From the sequence record SRR20825006_870: a stretch of DNA of 64,000 bases. The stretch is one strand, 5' to 3'. The notes under the pieces are model-generated. The model saw only the letters and a program-made list of their open reading frames with translations. It was not told where the DNA came from and did no database searches. The translations under genes were made by a program, and so were the position numbers. Below, piece by piece: positions 38,326-48,656 of this stretch. Each line of letters starts with the position of its first letter. Positions within the stretch are counted from its first letter, which is position 1.

Positions 38326-39456
38326 CTACTTCTTATCCAGCGATTTCAAAAACAACAGGCTGGCGACCACGAGCGGCAAGCAGGCCAGATAGGCACTGCG
38401 CACCCCGAAATGCTCGGCGATAAAACCCAGCAAGGGCGGCCCCAAAAACAAGATCACAAAGGCAGATTGACCCAGCGCAGCCACATTGACCGCGGCTGGG
38501 CGATCTGTGCGCTGCGCTGCCGCAGAAATGGTGATTGGATAAACGGCTGAACAACCAATGCCCATGATCACAAAACCAGCAATGGCCACCATTGGAGCAG
38601 GGGCAAAAATGATCATCGCCGCGCCAATGCCAGTTAGGCCAAGTAGAACACCCGCGGTTCTTTTACGTCCGAAATGATCGACAATAGGGTCAGCAAACCA
38701 ACGGGCGATGGCCATGGCCAACGTGAACCCGCTGAGCGCCATGCCAGACGTCCATGGATCGGTGCCAAAAGCGTCACGCATGTAAATCAGCGACCAATCG
38801 ACGCCAGCCCCTTCGGCCAACATGGGGGCGGCAACTACAATACACAGCCCCACCATTCCCACCGTGGGCAAAGCGAATATGGGCGTGGCGCTTTGGGCCT
38901 CTTCGGCGCGTGCTGTTGCCGGCAAAATTTTGCTGACCACCAACATCACAACCAAAATCACCACAAGTGCAATCAGCAGCAAATGGCCGCTGGTGGCAAT
39001 TTGCATGTCGCGAAAGCCAGACCCGATAATCGCGGCCACAAAGAAGCCGCCGCTCCACATGCTGTGAGCGCGGCTCATAATGCCCCGTTCGAGCATGGCC
39101 GAATGCCGATCTGTCTCAAGATTGAGGCAAACTTCCAACACGCTGATGAACACACCCAAAACAAACAGAGTGCCAAACGCAATTGCTGGGTGTGGCGCAA
39201 TGCTGATCAGGCTGGCGCAAATCGAGACAACAGCAAGCGGCACCATAATCGACAAGCGAACGCCAAAGCGCGCAATGATGGGCGCAGCAATGGTGAGCCC
39301 GATAAAGGCACCGCAGGAAAGACCAATCAGCACCAACCCCAGACTGGCCTTGTTGACCCCCAACGCCACTTGAATATCAGGCAGGCGCGAAAACATGCTG
39401 CCCACTGTGAGCGACAGAAGAAAAAAGCACAAATAAAGCTGATGATGAGGGCGCAC
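38326..39456 (-). CDS. MFS transporter
   Basis: About 12 hydrophobic helices, SRLPDI, IMSR.H..WS.G, EG...DWS, GPPLLGFIA; probable GTG start at 39456 after TAGGA. Confidence 0.85.
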   Translation of the reverse strand: MRPHHQLYLCFFLLSLTVGSMFSRLPDIQVALGVNKASLGLVLIGLSCGAFIGLTIAAPIIARFGVRLSIMVPLAVVSICASLISIAPHPAIAFGTLFVLGVFISVLEVCLNLETDRHSAMLERGIMSRAHSMWSGGFFVAAIIGSGFRDMQIATSGHLLLIALVVILVVMLVVSKILPATARAEEAQSATPIFALPTVGMVGLCIVVAAPMLAEGAGVDWSLIYMRDAFGTDPWTSGMALSGFTLAMAIARWFADPIVDHFGRKRTAGVLLGLTGIGAAMIIFAPAPMVAIAGFVIMGIGCSAVYPITISAAAQRTDRPAAVNVAALGQSAFVILFLGPPLLGFIAEHFGVRSAYLACLPLVVASLLFLKSLDKK

Positions 39457-39571
39457 GCGAAGGGTCCTAAGTTGACAATTTTGCGCCACTTTACTGAACC
39501 GTTTGCCTCTCGCTAGCCCCCGCTTTGACTGAGCGTGCAGCAGGCCTGCACCCAACGATCACCCCAATCAC

Positions 39572-39611
39572 CATGCGCTTAAGGGAAAGCATTCATGCAC
39601 CGCTGGGCAAG
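39572..39611 (+). promoter_or_regulatory. Tandem direct repeat, putative AraC/FeaR-type activator site
   Basis: CATGCGCTTAAGGGAAAG and CATGCACCGCTGGGCAAG at 22-bp period. Confidence 0.4.
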
Positions 39612-39722
39612 ACCGGGGGAAAGCCCCGCGATAGCCTGACAGTTACATTTTGCGCAAGTGGGAGCGTCCAATGTTTTGGGCGGCGCGAAAAGCAGTTTTG
39701 TTCGCATCAGGAGGGCGGCGCT

Positions 39723-41390
39723 TTGACAGCTGAGACCATTTATACCAACGGCAAAATCTACACTGTGGACCCATCCACCCCATGGGTGGAGGCGCTTGCC
39801 GTGGCCAATGGTCAAATTGTTGCCCGCGGCACCAATGCAGATATGGAAGTCTATAGAGGCGCGGGCACGCAGATTGTTGATCTGGGCGGCAAGATGGCCA
39901 TGCCCGGCATTGTGGATGTGCACAACCATATTTTGCTGGGCGGCATGGCAGAGCTTTATGAATTGCGGTTTCCCGGCAGCTTAAACCGGGAAGGCATTTG
40001 CGCACTGGTAAAAGAGGCGGCTGAAAAAGCCGCGCCGGGCGAATGGATCATCGGGGCGCAATTGGGCGCCGACATGAACAATGTGCTCAACAGTTCTGAA
40101 TCGCTGGCCATGTTGGACGCGGCAAGCAATGGGCATCCGGTGCTGCTGCGCGATGAAACCTTCCACAATCGCTGGGTCAATTCCAAAGCCATGGAGCTGG
40201 CGGGCATCACTGAAGATATGCCCAACCCAGAGCAAGGCGAGTTTGGTCGCGATCCAGCTACGGGCAAACTCACCGGCTTTATGATTGAAGCCGCCTCTGG
40301 CGTGGTGGAGCGCGCATTGATCGAGCAAGGTGGCGTAACCCCGGAAATGGGCGTCGCGGCGGTGAAAAAAGCCTTGAATGTGCTCAATGGTTTTGGCGTC
40401 ACGGCCTTTTTGGATGCCGCCTCCATGGAAAATATCATGCAGGCCATTGCCGGGCTTTATGATGAAGGCGGGCTAACCGCATGGGCGGCGTGTGCCATGC
40501 CAGCGGTGGAGCCAACCTTTCTGTTTGGCATTTCCGGCGACGATCTATTCGCTAAGCGCGAGCAATTTCGCCGCCCCCATGTGAAGCCAGATTTTGTAAA
40601 ATTCTTCCTAGATGGTGTGCCGGGCGCAAAAACCGCCGCTTTCCACGATGCCTATCTCGAAGATCCGATCCATGGCTGCTGTTTCCGCGGCGCGACGATG
40701 ATGACCTATCCGGATTTGATCCGCTGGCTGGGCAAATGCGAAGAGCAGAGTTTGGCGGTGAAAATTCACTGCGCGGGCGATGCGGCTGTGTCGCAGGCGT
40801 TAGACGCCATTGATGTGGTGCGCAGTTTTAACGGCCCCACCCATCTGGTGCATCATATCGCCCATGCCAGCTATATCCGCGATGAAGATCTTGCGCGGTT
40901 TGCTGAGCTGAATGTAGCGGCGGACCTGTCACCCATGATCTGGTATCCCACCACCTTTTTGGAGGCCCATAAGCAGGCCATGGGCGAAGAGCGGGCAGAA
41001 AAATTCTGGCCAAACAAGAATATGCAAGAGGCAAATGCCCTCATGGCTGGTGGTTCTGACTGGCCTGTCATCCCAAACCCTAACCCTTGGGATGGCATTG
41101 AGGGGCTAGTGACCCGCGAAAATCCGTCTGGCGCGTTTGAAGGCAAAGCCTTGTGGCGCGAGCAGGCATTGGATTTGGCCAGCGCGGTGGAAATTTTCAC
41201 CCTCAACTCGGCCAAGGCGTTGGGTTTGGACAAGGAGATCGGTTCGCTCGAAGTGGGCAAGTCTGCGGATTTGATCGTGCTGAACCAGAACATTTTCGAC
41301 ATATCACCAAAAAACATTTCTGACACCAAGGTCGACGCCACCTATTTCCAAGGCAAGCTCGTTTTTGAAAGAGCGGTGCACCATGACTAG
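39723..41390 (+). CDS. Amidohydrolase 3 family protein (YtcJ / N-substituted formamide deformylase-like)
   Basis: NGKIYTVD, PGIVDVHNH, H..WVNSKA, VKFFLDG, IHCAGD, HIAH, GSDWP, GSLEVGKSAD; GGAGG RBS before TTG 39723. Confidence 0.88.
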   Translation: MTAETIYTNGKIYTVDPSTPWVEALAVANGQIVARGTNADMEVYRGAGTQIVDLGGKMAMPGIVDVHNHILLGGMAELYELRFPGSLNREGICALVKEAAEKAAPGEWIIGAQLGADMNNVLNSSESLAMLDAASNGHPVLLRDETFHNRWVNSKAMELAGITEDMPNPEQGEFGRDPATGKLTGFMIEAASGVVERALIEQGGVTPEMGVAAVKKALNVLNGFGVTAFLDAASMENIMQAIAGLYDEGGLTAWAACAMPAVEPTFLFGISGDDLFAKREQFRRPHVKPDFVKFFLDGVPGAKTAAFHDAYLEDPIHGCCFRGATMMTYPDLIRWLGKCEEQSLAVKIHCAGDAAVSQALDAIDVVRSFNGPTHLVHHIAHASYIRDEDLARFAELNVAADLSPMIWYPTTFLEAHKQAMGEERAEKFWPNKNMQEANALMAGGSDWPVIPNPNPWDGIEGLVTRENPSGAFEGKALWREQALDLASAVEIFTLNSAKALGLDKEIGSLEVGKSADLIVLNQNIFDISPKNISDTKVDATYFQGKLVFERAVHHD

Positions 41391-42444
41391 CGCGAAGCCC
41401 ATTCCCGTCACGATGGTGACCGGCTTTTTGGGGGCGGGCAAAACCACTTTGCTCAACCATTTGCTGGGCCAGCCCGATTTGGACGGCACCTTGGCGATCA
41501 TCAATGAATTTGGCGAAATCGGCCTCGACCATTTGTTGTTGGAAGTGACCGACGAGCGCATGGCCCTGCTCGACAATGGCTGCGTGTGCTGCACCGTGCG
41601 CGAAGACTTGGTGCAAACCTTGCTGGAGGCGAACAAGAAACGGATCGCAGGCGAACTGAACTTTAACCGAGTAATTTTGGAAACCACGGGCTTGGCCGAT
41701 CCAGCCCCCATTCTACATGCCCTTATGGCGCACCCTGAGTTAGAAGAGCAGTTCGAAATCGAAACCGTGATCAGCCTAGTTGATGCCACATCCGGCGCAC
41801 AAACTTTGCGCACCCACGAGGAAGCCAAAAAACAATTGGCGTGTGCCGACCAAGTGATCCTCACCAAAACAGATATTGCCCGACCAGATCAAACGGCCAG
41901 CACCAAAGGGTTGATTGAAGATCTGAACCCAACCGCGCAATTGCATATTGTGCGCAATGGCGATGTGGCCAGCGCGCAACTCTTCAACCGCGCCTATGGT
42001 ACCAAAAGCCGCGATGCAAAAGATTATGCCGGATGGATGGATGCAGATCATGAGCATCAATGCGATGCCCATTGCGACCATGAACATCACCGCCATGATG
42101 GCATTGCCACCTATGCGTTCACATCTGACCAACCAGTGGATTGGATACTGTTTCGCGAATGGCTCGACAATCTGGCGGCCTTAAAAGGCGCGGACCTTTT
42201 GCGCATGAAAGGCATCGTCAACATCACTGAAGATGCTGATCGCCCCATGGTGGTGCATGGGGTGCAGCATGTTTTTCATCGCCCCAAACAACTCAATAAT
42301 TGGCCTTCGGATGATCGGCGTACCCGCCTGATCTTCATCGTCAAAAATATCACGTTGGACACCATAGAACGCACGCTGATCAAGTTTGCGCAATTGGAGC
42401 CAGCGCGACTTTCAGCGCGAACACTGGGAGGTGCCTCGCACTGA
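41383..42444 (+). CDS. COG0523 / CobW-family metallochaperone GTPase
   Basis: GFLGAGKT, NEFG, GCVCC, ETTGLADP, TKTD, His-rich linker, CobW_C (LLRMKG, HGVQH). Confidence 0.92.
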   Translation: MTSAKPIPVTMVTGFLGAGKTTLLNHLLGQPDLDGTLAIINEFGEIGLDHLLLEVTDERMALLDNGCVCCTVREDLVQTLLEANKKRIAGELNFNRVILETTGLADPAPILHALMAHPELEEQFEIETVISLVDATSGAQTLRTHEEAKKQLACADQVILTKTDIARPDQTASTKGLIEDLNPTAQLHIVRNGDVASAQLFNRAYGTKSRDAKDYAGWMDADHEHQCDAHCDHEHHRHDGIATYAFTSDQPVDWILFREWLDNLAALKGADLLRMKGIVNITEDADRPMVVHGVQHVFHRPKQLNNWPSDDRRTRLIFIVKNITLDTIERTLIKFAQLEPARLSARTLGGASH

Positions 42445-42486
42445 GATAAGACCAAATTCGATTGAACACGGGAGGAACCTAATCGA

Positions 42487-43671
42487 ATGAATAAATTTAT
42501 GAAAATATTGGCGCTTGGCGGCATGGCCAGCCTTGCATCCATGGCCTTCTCTGGCTCCGCGCTGGCAGCAGGCCCCACATGTGAAGATGGTCCCATTCAA
42601 TTGGGCTCTGTCTCTACCGTTACAGGCGTTGTGGATTTCTCTGATGCCCCAAATGCTGCAGAAGCCTACTTCGCACAATTGAACGAAGCAGGCGGCATCA
42701 ATGGTTGTCAGGTTGAATATACTTTGGCCGACGACCGGGGTGACCCGCAGGTTGCGGCACAAGCTGCGCGTGACTTGATCGACAATAAGCAAGTTGTGGC
42801 CTTGGCTGGCGGCGCAAGTCTTCTGGATTGCGCTGTGAATGCGGGCACTTATAACCGCACAGGCGTGTTGAATGTGTCTGGCCTTGGCGTGGATGCAGCG
42901 TGCTTTAACTCGCCATCGGTTGCGCCGGTGAATGTGGGTCCATTTACCCTCACCACCGCGATGCTCTATTACGCCAGTGAAGTGGTGGGTCGCGAAAAAA
43001 TCTGTACCTTCTTCTACATTATCGGCGGCACACAAGAAGCCTATACAAAGGGCGTCACCGATTGGGAAAAGCTGACAGGCAAAAAGTTGCATCTGATGGA
43101 TTTGACCTTGCCAGTGCAGGGCGATTTGACCCCATACGTAATCCGCGCACGTGAAGCTGGTTGCGAAGCCTTGCTGACCAACCAAGTGGAGCCGGGCATT
43201 GTGCAATGGGTCAACACAGCGGAAGCCCAGGGCGTTGAAGGCATTGACTGGTTGTTCCTAGCACCGGGTTATGCCGATGCGGTGGCCAATGCATTGGCGG
43301 ATACAAACCAGCCAGTTTATGTGGGCACCGAATGGGAACCTTACACCATTGAGAGCGAAGCCAACCAAGGTTGGATCGATGTGATGACCAAGGCCGATCT
43401 GCCGCGCACAGCCTTCTCACAAGGCGGCTATTTGGCAGCGCAAGTGATGACCGACGTGATCAAAGGCATTGATGGTCCTGTAACCCGCGAAAGCGTGAAA
43501 CAAGCGCTGGAAAATATGGAACCTCTCTCATATCCAATCGCAGGTACGCCTTATATTTTTGGCAAAGCTGATCGGCACAGCCCCATGCGCGCCACCAAAA
43601 TTATGGCGCTTAAAGATGGCGAGTGGAAAGTGCTGCTCGATGAATGGCTGACATTGCCTGAGCTTGACTAA
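42487..43671 (+). CDS. ABC transporter substrate-binding protein (branched-chain amino acid / LivK type)
   Basis: Signal peptide, LNEAGGING, DDRGDP..A...ARDLI. Confidence 0.88.
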   Translation: MNKFMKILALGGMASLASMAFSGSALAAGPTCEDGPIQLGSVSTVTGVVDFSDAPNAAEAYFAQLNEAGGINGCQVEYTLADDRGDPQVAAQAARDLIDNKQVVALAGGASLLDCAVNAGTYNRTGVLNVSGLGVDAACFNSPSVAPVNVGPFTLTTAMLYYASEVVGREKICTFFYIIGGTQEAYTKGVTDWEKLTGKKLHLMDLTLPVQGDLTPYVIRAREAGCEALLTNQVEPGIVQWVNTAEAQGVEGIDWLFLAPGYADAVANALADTNQPVYVGTEWEPYTIESEANQGWIDVMTKADLPRTAFSQGGYLAAQVMTDVIKGIDGPVTRESVKQALENMEPLSYPIAGTPYIFGKADRHSPMRATKIMALKDGEWKVLLDEWLTLPELD

Positions 43672-43722
43672 GTCAAAAAAGGCCGGGTGATTTCATCCGG
43701 CCTTATTCAAAGGTCCAGACAT

Positions 43723-44592
43723 ATGAATTCACTTTTAACACCGGCTATGGCGGGGCTTTCCGCTGGTGGGGCTTACGCCATTTTGGGCGTATGCGCCATT
43801 TTCACCTATCGATTGGTGGCCGTTGTCAATTTCACCGGAGCCGCTGTGGGGGCATGCGGCACCTTTATTATGGTCGCACTGGTGGAAATGGGCATGCCGC
43901 TTTTTCCCGCCGTGGTGCTGGGCATCGCCGCAGGGGCGCTGGCCGCTCTTTTTGTCGGCTTCATCACCACCATCTGGTTTTCCGGCGCAAATGGCTCGGT
44001 CAAAGCCGCGGTGACTGCTGCGCTGTTGGTGGGCTTTATCGCCCTTGGACTACGCCTGACGGGGGGACAACACCCAAAGCGCTTTCCAGATATTTTGCAG
44101 GGCGCATGGTTGCGCTTGGCAGATGTGCAAATCACCAATGCGTCGATAGCTGCCATCGGACTGGCGATTGTGTTGACCATTGCTGCAGAGCAATTTTTAA
44201 ACCGCACCCGCACTGGGTTAGAGCTGCGGGCCTTATCTGAACGGCCCATGGCTGCGGAATTGCTGGGCATTCGCGTGCGGCTGTTGGCGCTGATTGTTTG
44301 GGCCATTGCAGGGGCGGTGACCGCATTCGCGTTGATGTTGATCGCGCCTTTGCGCTCACCTGATTTCGCGTCTTTGAGCTTGTTGATCGTGCCTGCCCTC
44401 GCGGCGGCGCTGATTGGGGCATTTAAAAGCTTTCGCGCTGCACTGTTTGGCGGGCTCGCCATCGGGATTATTGAAGGCCTTGCCAGCGGATTGGTGGGCC
44501 TAAACCAATACCGTGCGGCAATCCCGTTCATCGTCATCTTACTTGTTCTTTTATGGTCGCAAAGGGAGGCTCGTTGGGATGAATCGCGCTAG
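43723..44592 (+). CDS. Branched-chain amino acid type ABC permease (LivH-like)
   Basis: G.YAI.G, VVNF, TRTG..LRA......AELLGI, AALIG. Confidence 0.88.
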   Translation: MNSLLTPAMAGLSAGGAYAILGVCAIFTYRLVAVVNFTGAAVGACGTFIMVALVEMGMPLFPAVVLGIAAGALAALFVGFITTIWFSGANGSVKAAVTAALLVGFIALGLRLTGGQHPKRFPDILQGAWLRLADVQITNASIAAIGLAIVLTIAAEQFLNRTRTGLELRALSERPMAAELLGIRVRLLALIVWAIAGAVTAFALMLIAPLRSPDFASLSLLIVPALAAALIGAFKSFRAALFGGLAIGIIEGLASGLVGLNQYRAAIPFIVILLVLLWSQREARWDESR

Positions 44593-46303
44593 TCTTCGCG
44601 CCGCTTTTTTCGCGGCTTTATCTATTCTCGTGGCCGGTGGCTTGGTGATTGGGCTATTGCCAAATTATTGGGTCTATCTGATCACCGCCGTGTTTATCCT
44701 CGGCATCGCCCTGCAAAGCTTGGGCATTGTGACAGGACGAACCGGCATGATCTCGCTGTGCCAAATGTCATTCGCAGGCGTTGGCGCGTGGACGGTCGGT
44801 TATCTCAACTTTATCGACTTCCCGGGCGGTTTGCCGCTTTGGCTTTTGCTAGGTGGCCTTGCGGCCCTGCCATTCGGCATCATTATCGGCTTGCCTGCGT
44901 TGCGGCTGCGCGGCATTAATCTGGCAATTGTCACGCTGGGCTTCGCATCCGCTTTTGACGTTGTGCTCGCCACCATCACCTATCCGGGCCAGACCAGTTT
45001 TAAAATGGTCGCCCGCCCGGCAGGCATGGAAGGCGATGTAGGCTATTTCATGTTTGTGATCATGATCTATGCGCTGATCGCTGTGGTGCTGGAATTCCTC
45101 AACCGATCTCGCCTTGGTGCGTCCTGGTTGGCAGTGCGCCATTCTGAACGGGCGGCGGCAGCGCATGGGGTATCCATTCCCACAACCAAGCTGAGCGCTT
45201 TTGCGATTTCAGCCTTTATTGCTGGGGTCGCAGGCGGCTTGTTTGCCGGATATTTGGGCACGCTGGTGGCAGAAAACTTCTCCATGATGCAATCGCTCAC
45301 CTTGTTTGCGGTGGCCACTATGGCGGGCAGTCAGTTTACCCTAGGTGCCATTATTGGCGGGGTGCTGGTCAGCTTGTTCCCTGAATTGTTGCGGCGACTG
45401 AATGTGCCGCAGGATTTCGGCAGCGTGATCTTCGCCGCGGGTGCGGTGCAGGCACTTTCAACGGGTGAAAGCATCAGCGAAACCTTTATGCGTTTGGGCG
45501 GCAAAATAGTGCCGAAAGGCTTGTTGAAACGCGCCAAAGCAAAGACCCATAATCTACCCGCTGCCAAAACATTCGCCAAAGATGTGCCCGCCTTGCAGGT
45601 GCAGGATGTGACCGTGCGGTACGGCAATGTGGTGGCGTCAAACAAAGTCAACTTAACGGTGCCCCAAGGCAAAGTGGTGGGCTTGATCGGCCCGAACGGT
45701 GCGGGCAAATCCACACTTGTGGATGCTATAACGGGCTTTTTGCCAGATTACGAAGGCGATATTCGCTTGGGTGACAAAAGCCTAAATGGTGTTTCCGTTA
45801 CCGCGCGGGCGCGTTTGGGCGTGCGCCGCACATGGCAGACCACCCGCATCGCGCCAGAACTGCAAGTGGGCGAATATATGCGCCTTGCCGCAGGCAGCGA
45901 CCTATCTGACGATGAAGTTGAAGCGGTGTTGGATTGGTTCAACTGCCCGCCAGCAAGCGCACCAATCGCCAGCATTGATGCCGGCACACGGCGCTTGCTT
46001 GATGTGGCAGGTATTGTTGCCGCCCGGCCACCGGTGATCTTGTTGGATGAACCAGCCGCAGGCCAGTCTTACGCCGAAGCAGTGCGCTTGGGTGAGCGAC
46101 TTCGCCAAATCCCAGAAACATTCGGCTCCTCAGTTTTGCTGATTGAGCACGATATGGATTTGGTGCGCTCCGCCTGCGAAGAAGTGACGGTTTTAGACTT
46201 CGGCACGGTGATTGCCCACGGTGCACCCGCCAATGTGTTGGAAACACCGATTGTGCAAAAGGCCTATTTGGGTGTCGACCATGAATTGGAGGCAAGCGCA
46301 TGA
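44579..46303 (+). CDS. Fused ABC permease and ATPase (LivM-LivG-like)
   Basis: G.TG.ISL.Q, PALRLRG..LAIVTL, then GPNGAGKS, LLDEPAAG, LIEHDM; GGGAGG RBS, ATG 44579. Confidence 0.87.
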   Translation: MNRASLRAAFFAALSILVAGGLVIGLLPNYWVYLITAVFILGIALQSLGIVTGRTGMISLCQMSFAGVGAWTVGYLNFIDFPGGLPLWLLLGGLAALPFGIIIGLPALRLRGINLAIVTLGFASAFDVVLATITYPGQTSFKMVARPAGMEGDVGYFMFVIMIYALIAVVLEFLNRSRLGASWLAVRHSERAAAAHGVSIPTTKLSAFAISAFIAGVAGGLFAGYLGTLVAENFSMMQSLTLFAVATMAGSQFTLGAIIGGVLVSLFPELLRRLNVPQDFGSVIFAAGAVQALSTGESISETFMRLGGKIVPKGLLKRAKAKTHNLPAAKTFAKDVPALQVQDVTVRYGNVVASNKVNLTVPQGKVVGLIGPNGAGKSTLVDAITGFLPDYEGDIRLGDKSLNGVSVTARARLGVRRTWQTTRIAPELQVGEYMRLAAGSDLSDDEVEAVLDWFNCPPASAPIASIDAGTRRLLDVAGIVAARPPVILLDEPAAGQSYAEAVRLGERLRQIPETFGSSVLLIEHDMDLVRSACEEVTVLDFGTVIAHGAPANVLETPIVQKAYLGVDHELEASA

Positions 46304-47010
46304 ACGCTCTTGAACTGAACAAAGTGCACATCAAGCGCGGGGATATTCCCATTGTGCATGGGGTGGATATTGTGGCGAAGCCCGGCGAAATCAGCGTGTT
46401 GCTAGGTGCCAATGGTGCGGGCAAAACCACCATTCTGGAAGGCACTTCCGGTGTTATTCCTATTGCCAGTGGCGATATTGTGCTGGAGGGGGCGCAAATG
46501 TGCAAAGCCAGCGCTGGGCACCGCGCTCGGTCCGGCATCGCCCATGTGGAGCAGGGCCGCACCATCTTTGCCGAAATGAGCACTGAGGACAATTTGCGCG
46601 TGGGCCTGCACCCAGAAAGCGGGCTGGAACAAGCCTATGACTTGTTCCCCGAACTGAAAAGCCGCGCCAATGTAAAATCGGCAATGCTTTCGGGCGGCGA
46701 ACAGCAAATGCTGGTCATCGCTAGGGCGCTGCTGGGCAAGCCAAAAGTGGTGTTGATTGACGAAATGTCTGCTGGGTTGGCCCCGGTGGTGGTGGCACGG
46801 CTGATGCAGGCTGTGCGCCTGTTGGCAGATCAGGGCCTTGCCGTGTTGTTGGTGGAACAATTCGCCAATCTCGCATTAGATATTGGCGATCGCGCCTATG
46901 TGCTGCGGCGGGGTGAAGTGGTTTATGATGGCTCATGCGAAATTTTGCGCAATGACCCAGCAATGCTGCACCATCTCTATCTGGGCGATATGGAAAAAGA
47001 CAGCGCCTAA
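46300..47010 (+). CDS. ABC ATPase (LivF-like)
   Basis: GANGAGKT, LFPEL, LSGGEQQML, DE.S.GLAP, LVEQ. Confidence 0.9.
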   Translation: MNALELNKVHIKRGDIPIVHGVDIVAKPGEISVLLGANGAGKTTILEGTSGVIPIASGDIVLEGAQMCKASAGHRARSGIAHVEQGRTIFAEMSTEDNLRVGLHPESGLEQAYDLFPELKSRANVKSAMLSGGEQQMLVIARALLGKPKVVLIDEMSAGLAPVVVARLMQAVRLLADQGLAVLLVEQFANLALDIGDRAYVLRRGEVVYDGSCEILRNDPAMLHHLYLGDMEKDSA

Positions 47011-47017
47011 CCCCCAT

Positions 47018-47051
47018 AAAAAAGCCCGGAAAGACCAAATCTCTCCGGGCT
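47018..47051. terminator. Stem-loop after the ABC operon
   Basis: AAAAA-AGCCCGGA..TCCGGGCT. Confidence 0.5.
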
Positions 47052-47096
47052 GAAGTTTCCAGCAATGGTGTTGGGGGAAGACAAGCTGGAAAAATA

Positions 47097-47116
47097 ATTA
47101 ACGTGTGAAATATATT
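47097..47116. promoter_or_regulatory. Putative HpaR box upstream of the aminotransferase operon
   Basis: Reverse complement AATATATTTCACACGTTAAT matches the hpa operator AATATATTTAACACGTTAAA at 18 of 20 positions. Confidence 0.6.
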
Positions 47117-47261
47117 GACAGTTGGTGCTGTGTTTTGCAACCCTGTTGGTCAACGCATATAGGCCAATTTGCTGGGTTTATAGGCTTTTGACGTGTCGAT
47201 GCCGAACAAAGCAAATCTCGATGCACCAAGGGTCAAGCACAGCTTTTGAAATGGATGAGAA

Positions 47262-48656
47262 ATGGCAGAACAAGCAACACAATCAGAACGGGCCCAAATT
47301 ATCGACCAATTGCTGGAAGCGGAGCAGCAGCGTTTTGCGGATACCCATCCAAAATCGCAATCCCTGTGGGGTGAAGGGCGCAAGAACTATCTTTATGGCG
47401 GCCCGTCACACTGGATGCGGCGCTGGGCTGGCGGTTTTCCCATTTATGTCGACAGCGCCAAAGGCGCCGAAGTGCAGGATGTGGATGGCCGCACCTACAC
47501 AGATTTTTGCTTGGGCGATACGGGCGGCATGTGTGGCCACGCGCCAGAGGCCGTAACCGAAGCCGCTTTGGCCCAACTCAAGCGCGGCACCACCACCATG
47601 CTGCCCACGGAAGACAGCATCTGGGTGGGGCAGGAACTGGCGCGTCGTTTCGGCATGCCCTATTGGACCCTAACCACATCAGCCACCGACGCCAATCGCG
47701 GGGCCATCCGCTATTGCCGCATGGTGACGGGCCGCCAAAAAGTGTTGGTTTTTTCCGGCTGCTATCATGGCGGTGTGGAGGAGGCGCATGTGGAAATTCG
47801 CGACGGCAAAGTTGGCCTGCGCAATATGATCCACCCCAATGGCGTTGATCATTCAAAAGTATCGCATGTGGTGGAATTTAACGACCGGGAGGCGCTGGCG
47901 GAAGCGCTGGAAAGCGGCGAAATCGCTTGTGTGCTGATGGAACCGATGATGACCAATTTCGGCATGATCCCGGTTGCACCAGGCTTCAACGATTTTGTGC
48001 GCGAAAAAACGCGGGAAACCGGTACGATTTTGATCATTGATGAAACCCACACCATGTCCAGCGGCACAGGCGGTTTTACCAAAACCCACGGGTTGGAACC
48101 CGATATTTTTGTGGCGGGCAAAGCCATCGCGGGGGGCATTCCGGCAGGCATTTTCGGCATCAGCGAAGAACTGGCACAGCGCATTTGGCAAGAAGTGCCG
48201 CATGTGAACCCGAAAATGCGTCAGTCCGCCCATTTGGGTATCGGCGGCACCTTGGCGGGCAATGCCCTAACCGTGGCGACCATGAAAGCGGTGCTGTCCA
48301 ACATTCTGACGGATGAGAATTTTGAGAAGATGATCGCCAATGCGGAACGGCTGGCGAAGAGCGCGCGCGAACTGATCGAAAAGAATAATTTGCCGTGGCA
48401 TGTGACTCAAGTGGGCGCGCGTGCGGAAATTATGTTTTCGCCGCAACCTCCACGCAATGGGGCCGACGTGATCGCAACCCGGCAAGGCGATTTGGAAGTG
48501 CTGTTGCACGCCTTCTATATGAATGAAGGAATTTTGGTGACCCCATTCCACACAATGTTTTTGATGTGCCCGGCCACCACCGCAGTGCAGGTTGATAAGC
48601 ACACCGAAGTGTTTGCGAAATTCATCAGCCTGCTGCAAGAAAATGGAGTGGCCTGA
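47262..48656 (+). CDS. Class III PLP-dependent aminotransferase (glutamate-semialdehyde aminomutase-like)
   Basis: DVDG..Y.DF, GH, SATDANR, GCYHG, EP, IIDETHT, PD....GKAIAGG.P, GGTLAGN. Confidence 0.88.
   Translation: MAEQATQSERAQIIDQLLEAEQQRFADTHPKSQSLWGEGRKNYLYGGPSHWMRRWAGGFPIYVDSAKGAEVQDVDGRTYTDFCLGDTGGMCGHAPEAVTEAALAQLKRGTTTMLPTEDSIWVGQELARRFGMPYWTLTTSATDANRGAIRYCRMVTGRQKVLVFSGCYHGGVEEAHVEIRDGKVGLRNMIHPNGVDHSKVSHVVEFNDREALAEALESGEIACVLMEPMMTNFGMIPVAPGFNDFVREKTRETGTILIIDETHTMSSGTGGFTKTHGLEPDIFVAGKAIAGGIPAGIFGISEELAQRIWQEVPHVNPKMRQSAHLGIGGTLAGNALTVATMKAVLSNILTDENFEKMIANAERLAKSARELIEKNNLPWHVTQVGARAEIMFSPQPPRNGADVIATRQGDLEVLLHAFYMNEGILVTPFHTMFLMCPATTAVQVDKHTEVFAKFISLLQENGVA

Noticed and set aside
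39525-39722. N-terminal extension of the amidohydrolase
   Set aside because: Family similarity starts after the GGAGG RBS and TTG at 39723; the region is a divergent promoter
41383-42444. cobW of cobalamin biosynthesis
   Set aside because: No cob genes nearby; the family is broad and the gene is embedded in a hydrolase-transporter operon
47262-48656. hemL (tetrapyrrole synthesis)
   Set aside because: Atypical motifs and catabolic context; Alphaproteobacteria generally make ALA with ALA synthase
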